Source: an uncultured Planctomycetota bacterium (GTDB lineage Bacteria > Planctomycetota > Planctomycetia > Isosphaerales > Isosphaeraceae). Taken from it: 64,000 nt of DNA. The notes under the pieces were generated by a model. That model made no database searches and was not told where the DNA came from. It saw only the letters and a program-made list of their open reading frames with translations. Position numbers and translations under genes: made by a program. Positions 41,101-47,149 of the stretch are shown in pieces. The number at the start of each line of letters is the position of its first letter. The first letter of the stretch is position 1. The stretch lies in the NCBI GenBank assembly GCA_963823665.1, contig CAWGMQ010000006.1:512001-576000 (forward strand), written 5' to 3'.

Positions 41101-42868
41101 CCAGGTCGGCAGTACCACAAACCCACTCTCGATCGTCGTCGATACGTTGACAATCAGCGGCAACGCAATCGCGAACGCCCTGAGCTTGTCCTCGCCCGCG
41201 GGGACGGTCGCGTACACCCCGGCCCAGATCCGGGCCGCCTACGGCATTGACAACCTCACGCTCGACGGCACCGGCCAGACCATCGCGATCGTCGATGCCT
41301 ACGACGACCCGGCCATCTACCCCGCCCTGGACGCGTTTGACACTGAGTTCGGGCTGACGTCCGCCGGAGCGACACTCCTCGACCAGTATGGCCCGGCTTC
41401 GTCGTTCCTGACTGTCCTCAACCAGAACGGCCAGGCGACTTCGCTGCCGGGGACTGACCCGAACGGCGCCGGTACCAACAACTGGGAGGCGGAGGAAACG
41501 CTCGACGTCGAGTGGGCGCATGCCATCGCACCCGGGGCCCAGATCATCCTGGTCGAGGCGAATAGCCAATCCCTGCCGGACCTGATGGCCGGCGTGGCCA
41601 CGGCAGCGAATCAGCCGGGCGTGTCGGTGGTCTCGATGAGCTGGGGATTCGCCGAGGGACAAGCGGTATTTGCCAGCGATGAGGCGACCTATGACGGTGT
41701 TTTCACCACACCGGGCGTGACGTTCGTGGCGAGCACCGGCGACTACGGCGCCGCTGATCCCGAGTACCCCGCCTACTCGCCCAACGTTCTCGCGGTCGGT
41801 GGCACAAGCCTCACGCTGAACGCCGATAACTCGTATAACAGCGAGACCGGGTTCGGCTACGAGTCGAGCGCGCTGGGCACGTTCATCGGCAGTGGCGGTG
41901 GCATCAGCCTTTATGAGCCTGAGCCGGCCTACCAGGAGGGTGTCCAGTCCACCGGCAAACGGACCATCCCCGACGTCTCGCTCGTTGCCGATCCGGCCAC
42001 GGGAGCATGGATCGCCGACCCGTACAATGTGTCAGGCAGCAACCCATTCGAGATCGTGGGCGGCACGAGCTTGGCGGCCCCTTGCTGGGTTGCTCTCGTC
42101 GCCCTCGCCAACCAGGGACGTGCCGCCGCGGGCGAGCCCGCGCTCGATAGAGCGAGCCCCACCGACACCCAGCAAGCCCTCTACAGCCTGCCCCAGAGCG
42201 ATTACCACGTCATCAGCAGTGGAAGTAATGGTTACTCCGCGGCCGCCGGCTACAACCTGGTCACAGGCCTCGGCACGCCCGTGGCCAACGTGCTGGTCAC
42301 CGACCTGGTTGCCTACCAGGGGCCTGGAACTTCGTACTCCGGCCCTGCTGTCGGAGCCATGCAAAACGCCGAGCTTGCCAACATACGGGCGAGCGCCGGC
42401 GGCCCCACCGACGTTTTCAGCGTGTTTGATTCCTTCACGTTCGGCAGCAACGGTACCGGTCAGGAAATCGCGCGCGCCGCGAGCCCGACGAATCGCGCCA
42501 GCCAGGCAGTGGACGCAGCCAGCCGCGGTGTGACCAGGCAGGACCCGGACATCGCGAACGTCGCCGAAGTTACCGAGTCGCTCGCGCCTTTCGGCGAGCG
42601 CCAGGCTCTGACATCAGACTTCGTTCCGCCGGGCATGGGGCCTGGTCTCGCGTCACTGGATTTCGCGCTGGAAGATATGAGCATTGCTATTGATACGATG
42701 GCCGACTCGGTGAAAACGGTTGTCCGGATCCGACTCGGTTCGCGCTCGGTGAGAGTTCGAGAGACCTCTCGAGCCCAGCAAAAGCGACCGGTTCCAGTCG
42801 TCGACCCTGCCGCCCTTCTTGCGCTGCTTGGCAGCGGATGGACCCCGCGAGACGGCGGCAGACACTAG
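32171..42868 (+). CDS. Giant extracellular protein, part 3 of 3 (RTX Ca-binding array, metzincin motif, PPC/PKD-like, 8 Ig-like repeats, S53 peptidase)
   Basis: Frame open from about 32008. GGxGND repeats; HELGHLTGLIH; SVSGQSVTFTATV Ig repeats; EETLDVEW, STGD and GGTS sedolisin motifs. Confidence 0.9.
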   Translation: MLILGHDPTLVASTGINTIDLSQTPQNVTLNLGSQTVQTVDSAGDIVLLQGTFQNVIAGPGDDILTAANGVNSSLIGGSGNDIIYGSGSGNDSIVGGTGNDTLVGGGGNDIIYGSSSGNDSIVGGTGNDTITGGGGNDIIYGSSSGNDSIVGGTGTDTIMGGGGNDIIYGSSSGNDSIVGGTGNDTLVGGGGNDIIYGSSSGNDSIVGGTGNDTLVGGGGNDIIYGSGSGNDSIVGGTGNDTLVGGGGNDIIYGSGSGNDSIVGGTGNDTLVGGGGNDIIYGSGSGNDSIVGGTGNDTLVGGGGNDIIYGSGSGNDSIVGGTGNDTLVGGGGNDIIYGSGSGNDSIVGGTGNDTLVGGGGNDIIYGSGSGNDSIVGGTGNDTLVGGGGNDIIYGSGSGNDSIVGGTGNDTLVGGGGNDIIYGSGSGNDSIVGGTGNDTLVGGGGNDIIYGSGSGNDSIVGGTGNDTLVGGGGNDIIYGSGSGNDSIVGGTGNDTLVGGGGNDIIYGSGSGNDSIVGGTGNDTLVGGGGNDIIYGSSSGNDSIVGGTGNDTITGGGGNDIIYGSSSGNDSIVGGTGNDSITGGGGNDIIFGGPGNDSIVGGTGYNTISGGGGSDIISGGPNDWLIETDPVGNTVTPTTVTLTNSSLAMPGYGTDTIIGITNIVVGLGDGKIELDASHDTMPLVLVAGTGDDTILAGPGDDTMYAGSGTDSLVGGGGNDVYVFGPLAQGNVTVNDGSNTNNTMDFSLFGAGINLDLQAVGPQAVSPGLLNLTLTNPLSINKVVGTSYPDTILGNGRNDTLIGNGGDNYLNARGGAALVEGFQTQVVYLDFLPGVVDYSAQSTRDAIQAGIGAIYSAFNVTFTQTQPTSGPYETLYYNVPAGSLLAGEATELDWRNLDLDGSASIDISQFLGGPDYPADTLTNVINMSVTIGAHELGHLTGLIHGDSFGPIGAGVYANLADNSYLEGFTPPYPGPANAVDTVYDVMASPASVGTSLFDAANVTFFGERDDISLAFADSGTTTNETPGDPNTSVATAQPLTLAPLSVPNTVLIGQGTGDYFDVTAADVVGSIGLGANGQSNSDYYAITATAGELLNFQVRSQTLTRDNDDSIDSELTIYEADGTTVVPYYGSASGAFNDGGFQDADAVLYDLTMPYTGTYYVKVSTIVVTDSFGIVHNSEVGDYELFMYSFAATPLGGTPATNGDTLVGSSGQDTLIGSSANDLIESVPGDSVVSGSGADTIDTLPYNIEIADPALQLGSPVSLAGSFVASNPGMAYTYDWHVASSNGQVIADARGTAAVDNGAGTTAFQFTPTSAGAYTITLTITDGYGGVNQATLEETAGTITPFTTQIGTGAGQITGILGTPTSLNATATGTYAVASYAWVVSAPAAATTPARGYDSSYCFTPTSAGNYTVTMTATDTNGDVSVSSLTVIVPFVAPSAQIVGVPANEYVPEGYAFSLAGIGNDPTQGDDLTESWTVTAGDGSEAPYTQSGPNVTYTPDDIGSYTVTLDLLDASGQVVASTSQQILSIGVAPMATISGGPTGGTTTEGTTLAFSGAASSPSTVTTAKGFLYTWGVTLGTFIYVAPTTPTVNPTNFSFTPGQAGTYVVSLSVTDNHGFTSLAATQTVEVAAVAPSVTITGLPADSVTAGTTVALGSIVTDPSAVLQSAGFSESWNVQFGGATYGPFYGPALNLTLGSIGSYTVNFVATDAEGVSSTTTEIVTAADTAPVVTPAASPTAQAPEQATKSAYNLGSVVGPGLDQSGGIVTVNWGDGTAATSFPISSQGSLGFQAHAYELPGNYQITVTVTDAYGLSGSESFTTTVAPVAPSPEIQSAPASMNAESSVILSSSVTDFSQAENAAGYTYAWSVLRNGAPYTLPGNPSTDGPSLQFTPVLGGSYTISLSTTDSSDSVGVAPPQTIVVNDLNTTTSLSSSGSPSVSGQSVAFTATVSIAGAGSNAVVNPSGTVTFYDSGVAIGTATLTGTATDTATFTTSTLSTATHPITAAYTSGDGSFNASAPSLAINQGVNKANTTTSVVSSGSTVSGQSVTFTATVSIVSPGTSAVANPTGTVNFYDGTTLLGSGALNGTDTATFTTSTLSTAAHQITATYADDTNFNPSTSAAITQTVSKASTATSVVSSGSSVSGQSVTFTATVTIVSPGTSAVAKPTGTINFYDGSVLLGGGALSGTATDTATFTTSTLSTASHQITATYADDTNFSPSTSAAITQTVSKASTATSVVSSGSTVSGQSVTFTATVSIVSPGTNAVAKPTGTVTFYDNGAAIGTSTLSGTATDTATFTTSTLSTATHPITAAYTGGDGNFNAGTPSASISQVVNKASTTTVVSSSANPSVSGQSVTFTATVSIVSPGTSAVANPTGTVTFYDNGAAIGTGTLSGTATDTATFTTSTLSTATHPITAAYTGGDGNFNAGTPSASISQVVNKASTTTVVSPSANPSVSGQSVTFTATVSIVGPGTNAVAEPTGTVTFYDNGAAIGTGTLSDTATDTATFTTSTLSTATHPITAAYTGGDGNFNAGTPSASISQVVNKASTTTVVSPSANPSVSGQGVTFTATVSIVSPGTNAVGKPTGTVTFYDNGAAIGTGTLSGTATDTATFTTSMLSTATHPITAAYTGGDSNFNAAAPSAAINQVVNKASTTTVVISSANPSVSGQGVTFTATVSIVSPGTSAVANPTGTVNFYDASTLLGSGTLSGTGTDTATLTTSTLSTASHQITATYAGDTNFNSSTSAAITQTVNNPSMTSGSIYVLDPTAGGALALSGNAIINVLGNIIVDSSSSTAITASGNASVKGAVIQVKGGVQKSGNATFSPAPTTGAPVVANPLAGLTAPTYSGTPISETLSGNSTATINAGVYSQITVSGNASLTLNPGIYIIAGGGLSVSGNANITGTGVMIYNTKSSTGTYGSITLSGNGTIKLTGPTTGAYAGILIFQDLSNSKALTFSGNAMQGITGTIYAPSAQLVESGNAQVGSTTNPLSIVVDTLTISGNAIANALSLSSPAGTVAYTPAQIRAAYGIDNLTLDGTGQTIAIVDAYDDPAIYPALDAFDTEFGLTSAGATLLDQYGPASSFLTVLNQNGQATSLPGTDPNGAGTNNWEAEETLDVEWAHAIAPGAQIILVEANSQSLPDLMAGVATAANQPGVSVVSMSWGFAEGQAVFASDEATYDGVFTTPGVTFVASTGDYGAADPEYPAYSPNVLAVGGTSLTLNADNSYNSETGFGYESSALGTFIGSGGGISLYEPEPAYQEGVQSTGKRTIPDVSLVADPATGAWIADPYNVSGSNPFEIVGGTSLAAPCWVALVALANQGRAAAGEPALDRASPTDTQQALYSLPQSDYHVISSGSNGYSAAAGYNLVTGLGTPVANVLVTDLVAYQGPGTSYSGPAVGAMQNAELANIRASAGGPTDVFSVFDSFTFGSNGTGQEIARAASPTNRASQAVDAASRGVTRQDPDIANVAEVTESLAPFGERQALTSDFVPPGMGPGLASLDFALEDMSIAIDTMADSVKTVVRIRLGSRSVRVRETSRAQQKRPVPVVDPAALLALLGSGWTPRDGGRH
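32399..34020 (+). repeat. 84-bp (28-aa) tandem array of RTX/haemolysin-type Ca-binding repeats, 18 full units plus a degenerate tail
   Basis: Unit GGGGNDIIY-GS(G/S)SGNDSIV-GGTGNDTLV. First unit starts at 32399 and the 19th at 33911 (18 x 84 bp later). Confidence 0.92.
37935..40415 (+). repeat. Eight tandem bacterial Ig-like (Big_3-type) repeats of about 300-315 bp
   Basis: Eight TT..SS..SVSGQ(S/G)V.FTATV..P(T/S)GT(V/I).FYD..ITA.Y units. Units 4-7 are near-identical with 315-bp periodicity. Confidence 0.88.
41210..42315 (+). other. Peptidase S53 (sedolisin/kumamolisin-like) catalytic domain within the giant protein
   Basis: YTPAQIRAAYG, GQTIAIVDA, ETLD (Glu/Asp), SMSWG, STGD (oxyanion Asp), YPAYSPNVLAVGGTSL, PDVS, GGTS (Ser), TGLGTP. 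Confidence 0.88.
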
Positions 42869-42986
42869 GCTCGAGAGCAGCAACGAGGTAGCCTTTCTCC
42901 ACCGTCTTCGGATGCATTCGATTTGCACGCCAGGGCCGACGTCTTCGCCTTTGAGTCTACATCACTTTTTGCCAGGAGTTGCGACA

Positions 42987-45029
42987 ATGTCATTTACGGC
43001 ATCGATTCACGGGCTGAAGAGAATTGTCGTCCGCAGCGGGCGTGTTCAGCGAGCCAGAACCCGCCGGTGCGCTGTTAGCGCGCGGCGCTCCTTCGTCGCA
43101 CGTTTAGAGACGTTCGAAGATCGAACTTTGCTCAGCACCTTCACGGTGGCCAACCTGAACGACAGCGGCACCGGCTCGCTGCGGGCAGCCATCGCGGCTG
43201 CAAGCAGCGGGGATACGATCGCGTTTGCCAGGGGACTTCGCGGCACCATCACGCTGACAAGCGGCGAATTGCTCGTCCCTGACAGCGTCACCGTCAGCGG
43301 GCCGGGGGCCAATGAGCTTTCCGTGAGCGGCAACAATGCCAGCCGGGTGTTCGAGATCGCCGCCGGCCAGAACGTGACCATCAGCGGCCTGACGATCACC
43401 CACGGATCTGCCTCCGCCGAGGGCGGCGGCATACTGAACGACGGCGCTGATCTGACGCTGTCCGGGGTCGACCTCAGCCAGAACGTGGCTTTCGAGAGCG
43501 GCAGCAGCGGCGCCCAGGGCGGTGGCATTCAGAGTCTGGACGGCACTCTGGTGATCACCAACTCAAAGATCACCGGCAACCAGGCGCTCGGCGGTGCCGG
43601 CGCATCGGCATCCGGCGAGGGCAGCGGCGGCGGCATCTTCGTCACTGCGGGCACTGCGATGATCAGTAACAGCATCATCAGCGGCAACCTGGCTCAAGGC
43701 GGTGACAACAGCAGCGATGGCTTCGCGAGTGGAGGGGGTCTTTTAGCGGCGGCGCCGACCACCCTCACCTCCTCCAGCATCACCGGCAACCAGGTTCGCG
43801 GAGGCCAAGACGCGCCCGACAACGGATCCGAAGGGGGCGGACTGGAGATCTTTGATACGACCGTAGCGATGACGGGGTGTACCGTCAGCGGCAATCTGGC
43901 CGCCGGTGGCGACGGCGGGACTGGGCCATACGTCGGCACCGCCGAAGGGGGCGGTATCAACATGTTTGGCACCGTCACCATCTCTGGAAGCACCTTCGCG
44001 CAGAACCAGACTCTCGCTGGCAGCGGTGGCGAGAGCGGTCAAGGCAACCCGGAAGCTTTCGAGGACTATAGCTTCGGGGGCGCCATTGCAAATACGGAGG
44101 GCAGCCTGAACATCACCAACAGTAGCTTCAACTACAACAAGGCCAACGGCGGCAACAACTCCACGGCCACCGGGGCCGACTTTGGAGCGGTCGGAGGTGC
44201 CGAGGGAGGCGCTCTTTACAATGAGCTTGGTAGTACGGCCACGCTCTCGCTCTGCAGCTTCAACCACAATGTGGCCCAGGGGGGCGATGGCGACACCGGC
44301 AGCGGAATGGTTGTGCTGGTCGGCGAAGGAATGGGAGGCGCGATCGTTTCGGGCTACGGCACCAGCTTGGCCCCGAACACGCTCACCGTCAGCAGCAGCA
44401 CGTTCATTGCGAACAGTGCGCAGGGCGGTGACAACGACGACGGCAACGCCAGCGTGTCGGGCCTTGTCGGCGCCGGGGTCGGCGCCGGAATCGCGAACTA
44501 CGCGGGGGGCAGCGCGATAGTCAGCGGCAGCGTGCTCTTTAGCGGCCAAGCCACGGGCGGTACCGGCAACATCGCCGGAGGCGTCGGGGCTGTCTTCGCC
44601 GGCCTCGGCGCGGGGGGCGGCATCTTCAATTATCTGGGGAACTACGATTCATCGGGATACGGCCTCTTCACTACCAGCTCCGTCAGCGTGACGAGCAGCA
44701 CGCTTTCCCGCGACCAGGCCAACGGCAGCGGCGCCAACGCCGAGGGCGGCGGCATCGCCAACGTGTCCTCGGCAATGACCACGGTGTCGAGCGGCATCCT
44801 GATCCTGAATGAGGCGAACGGTGGGGGCGCCGCCGGACTAGGCGGTGGCGCCTACAATGATTCCAGCTCGACTCTGGCATTCACGCAATCCTTGGTGACT
44901 CAGAATCAAGCCGACGGCGGACCGGGAATTGGCGGCGGGATTTATAGCCTCGGGACGTTCACCTTTGATGCCAATACGTTCATCGTGTTCAACCACGCGT
45001 CCACGAGCGGCGATAACATCGGCCCATGA
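42987..45029 (+). CDS. Planctomycete-type extracellular Gly-rich beta-helix (Pmp-like GGGI repeat) protein
   Basis: AGGAG RBS before ATG 42987; Arg-rich leader + LETFEDRTLLS; GSLRAAI cap; repeated N.A.GG..GGG(I/L) units; no autotransporter barrel visible. Confidence 0.85.
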   Translation: MSFTASIHGLKRIVVRSGRVQRARTRRCAVSARRSFVARLETFEDRTLLSTFTVANLNDSGTGSLRAAIAAASSGDTIAFARGLRGTITLTSGELLVPDSVTVSGPGANELSVSGNNASRVFEIAAGQNVTISGLTITHGSASAEGGGILNDGADLTLSGVDLSQNVAFESGSSGAQGGGIQSLDGTLVITNSKITGNQALGGAGASASGEGSGGGIFVTAGTAMISNSIISGNLAQGGDNSSDGFASGGGLLAAAPTTLTSSSITGNQVRGGQDAPDNGSEGGGLEIFDTTVAMTGCTVSGNLAAGGDGGTGPYVGTAEGGGINMFGTVTISGSTFAQNQTLAGSGGESGQGNPEAFEDYSFGGAIANTEGSLNITNSSFNYNKANGGNNSTATGADFGAVGGAEGGALYNELGSTATLSLCSFNHNVAQGGDGDTGSGMVVLVGEGMGGAIVSGYGTSLAPNTLTVSSSTFIANSAQGGDNDDGNASVSGLVGAGVGAGIANYAGGSAIVSGSVLFSGQATGGTGNIAGGVGAVFAGLGAGGGIFNYLGNYDSSGYGLFTTSSVSVTSSTLSRDQANGSGANAEGGGIANVSSAMTTVSSGILILNEANGGGAAGLGGGAYNDSSSTLAFTQSLVTQNQADGGPGIGGGIYSLGTFTFDANTFIVFNHASTSGDNIGP

Positions 45030-45382
45030 GGCCCTTCTAAGCTGAGCGTGTCGTGGATTGGGCTTCGGGGAGAGGTGCTTCCGTCGACGTCCCTGTTTCG
45101 CTGCAGCAAGGGATACGGCGCCGGAGTGGTGGTGAGGGCACCCGGTGCCAAGAGGTTCATTCACCTCTGAAGCCGCGCGATCGCTTCGAGCACCGGCTTC
45201 AGAAAGGTACGGGCTGCTTGGACAAGCAACAACTCCGATCGATGGACACCTTTCCGGCCGAGATGTTGCCTCGGACCCGGACGGACCTGGCGAATGTGCT
45301 GCTCAACATCGCCGAGATCGAGCGCAGGCAATCGAGCTTTTCCGCGCTACATAGCATTGCACAATCACGCGACATCGGTGCG

Positions 45383-45608
45383 TGGCACAGGCTCCGCCGG
45401 TGGTCCGGTGTAGCAGGCACACTCCGTGTGCCGTCCGCCGAAGTTGCCGGTTGGATGGCACAGGCTCCGCCGGTGGTCCGGTGTAGCAGACACACTCCGT
45501 GTGCCGTCCGCCGAAATTGCCGGTTGGATGGCACAGGCTCCGCCGGTGGTCCGGTGTAGCACGCACACTCCGTGTGCCGTCCGCCGAAGTTGCCGGTTGG
45601 ATGGCACA
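45383..45608. repeat. 73-bp tandem repeat x3 (plus 7 bp) containing a GTAG-type REP-like hairpin
   Basis: Units start at 45383, 45456 and 45529. Each has TGGCACAGGCTCCGCCGGTGG and GTAGCA-GGCACAC-tcc-GTGTGCC, and they differ at only a few positions. Confidence 0.9.
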
Positions 45609-45666
45609 CGCTTTGCCACTGCGCCATGCCCGGGCGGATCGCCGTCCCGGAATCGCGAAAAGCCAT

Positions 45667-46518
45667 TCAGGAGCCTGAAACGGCAAGTCTCTCCATCGAC
45701 GCACGATATCGCGACTCGACCTGATCGCGAAGCACATGCCGGCCCCCGGAGACAACTTTTCGGCCATACCTCCAAACGCAATCCACGGCCGGCAGGCGGG
45801 CGGCGAAGATCCACGCGTCTAGGACCGGATCTCCGAGTCGCCCTGCCAGGTCGACGTGACTGGAGTCCAGGGCGATCAGGTCGGCGGGAGACAGGAGGTG
45901 GATCCCTGCGCTGGGGGTTCCCGGCGCTCGAGAACCTCCTTCAATCGCCGAGTCGAACAGCGATCGCCCGGTGGAGCGGCCGTCGCCGTGCGCCATCACG
46001 TTGCGGGTGCGAAGGGCCAGGCGCTGCGCATACTCGAGCCATCGCAGCTCTGCCGCGGCGTCGATCAATACGTTGGAATCGGATCCCACGCCATACGACC
46101 CGGAAAGAGCCAGGAATTCCGCAGCGGGGAAGATGCCGTCTCCCAGGTTGGCTTCAGTGATCGGGCAGAGGCCAACCACGGCGCCACTGCCGGCGATGCG
46201 CGCCAGCTCGTGCTGATCGACGTGCGTCGCGTGCACCAGACACCATTGATGGTTGACGTCGAACGCATCCAGCAGCCAGGTCGCGGGCCGGCGGCCACAC
46301 CAGCTCAAACAGTCTTCCACTTCTCTGATCTGCTCGGCGAGGTGGATGTGCACTGGACCATTTTCGGCCAGGGCGAGCACGGACGTCAGCTCCGCCTCGG
46401 TGCAGGCCCTGAGGCTATGCGGGGCGATTCCTACCACCGCGTCGTCAAGCGTTGAAACCGCCCGGCGGCTCCGCTCAAGCAGTGATGTGTAGCCGTCGAT
46501 ATCCGTGACGAAGCGCAT
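45667..46518 (-). CDS. hutF: Formimidoylglutamate deiminase, C-terminal part (frameshift near 46543)
   Basis: GIAPHSLRA, HIHLAEQ, WCLVHATH, CPITEANLGDG, GSDSN. Confidence 0.9.
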   Translation of the reverse strand: MRFVTDIDGYTSLLERSRRAVSTLDDAVVGIAPHSLRACTEAELTSVLALAENGPVHIHLAEQIREVEDCLSWCGRRPATWLLDAFDVNHQWCLVHATHVDQHELARIAGSGAVVGLCPITEANLGDGIFPAAEFLALSGSYGVGSDSNVLIDAAAELRWLEYAQRLALRTRNVMAHGDGRSTGRSLFDSAIEGGSRAPGTPSAGIHLLSPADLIALDSSHVDLAGRLGDPVLDAWIFAARLPAVDCVWRYGRKVVSGGRHVLRDQVESRYRASMERLAVSGS

Positions 46519-47033
46519 CTGGCGAAGGTCCGGTGCGGCACCCCGAAGCCGGAATGAGCGTAGAACACGGGCAAGAGCGTCAAGCCGATCCCGACTGCCT
46601 GCGCCGCCGCAGCCACGCGGTTGGCCATCTCGGCGACGTCATCGAATGGACGACCGCTGCGATCGTGGTGGACGTAGTGAAACTCACCGACACGGGTGAA
46701 GCCTGCCTCCAGCATCTCCATGTACGCGAAGGCGGTGATGGCCTCCAGGTCGTCGGGGCCGATGGCGTCGACAAACCGGTACATCGTTTCGCGCCAGGAC
46801 CAGAAGTTGTGGCCGATCGCCGCGCGCACCTCGGTGTGGCCCGCCATCACTCGCTGGAAGGCGTGACTGTGAACATTCGGAAGACCGGGCACACCGATCG
46901 CATTGCGCTCCGCACCGGGCTGCGGCGATACGCCCGACTCGATGGACTGGATCCGGCCATTGTCGATATCAATCCGGACCCGCTCGGCCCATCCCGAGGG
47001 CAGCAAGCACGATTGGAACCACAAGCTCGTCAT
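46431..47033 (-). CDS. hutF: Formimidoylglutamate deiminase, N-terminal part
   Basis: PNVHSHAFQR, FWSWRETMY, EMLEAGFTRVGEFHYVHH; GGAG RBS. Confidence 0.9.
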   Translation of the reverse strand: MTSLWFQSCLLPSGWAERVRIDIDNGRIQSIESGVSPQPGAERNAIGVPGLPNVHSHAFQRVMAGHTEVRAAIGHNFWSWRETMYRFVDAIGPDDLEAITAFAYMEMLEAGFTRVGEFHYVHHDRSGRPFDDVAEMANRVAAAAQAVGIGLTLLPVFYAHSGFGVPHRTFARCASSRISTATHHCLSGAAGRFQRLTTRW

Positions 47034-47083
47034 GAGCGGTGCGATCTCCTTTCCCTCGTCGCAAGTTAGACAATCTCGGGGAG

Positions 47084-47108
47084 AAATCGGTACAATTGTA
47101 ATCGATTT
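47084..47108. promoter_or_regulatory. Imperfect palindrome (candidate operator) in the hutF/hutI divergent promoter
   Basis: AAATCGg-TACAATTGTA-atCGATTT: a perfect 10-bp palindromic core with AAATCG/CGATTT arms. Confidence 0.4.
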
Positions 47109-47149
47109 CCACGGCGATGCATGTCATGCTCTTCGCGCAAGAGGCCGCC

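Noticed and set aside
15352..42868. Diversity-generating retroelement target or polymorphic-toxin (CdiA/Rhs) locus
   Set aside because: No reverse transcriptase, template/variable repeat pair, TpsB transporter, toxin tip or downstream immunity gene is visible.
45383..45608. CRISPR array
   Set aside because: The whole 73-bp unit repeats with no unique spacers, and there are no cas genes in the window.
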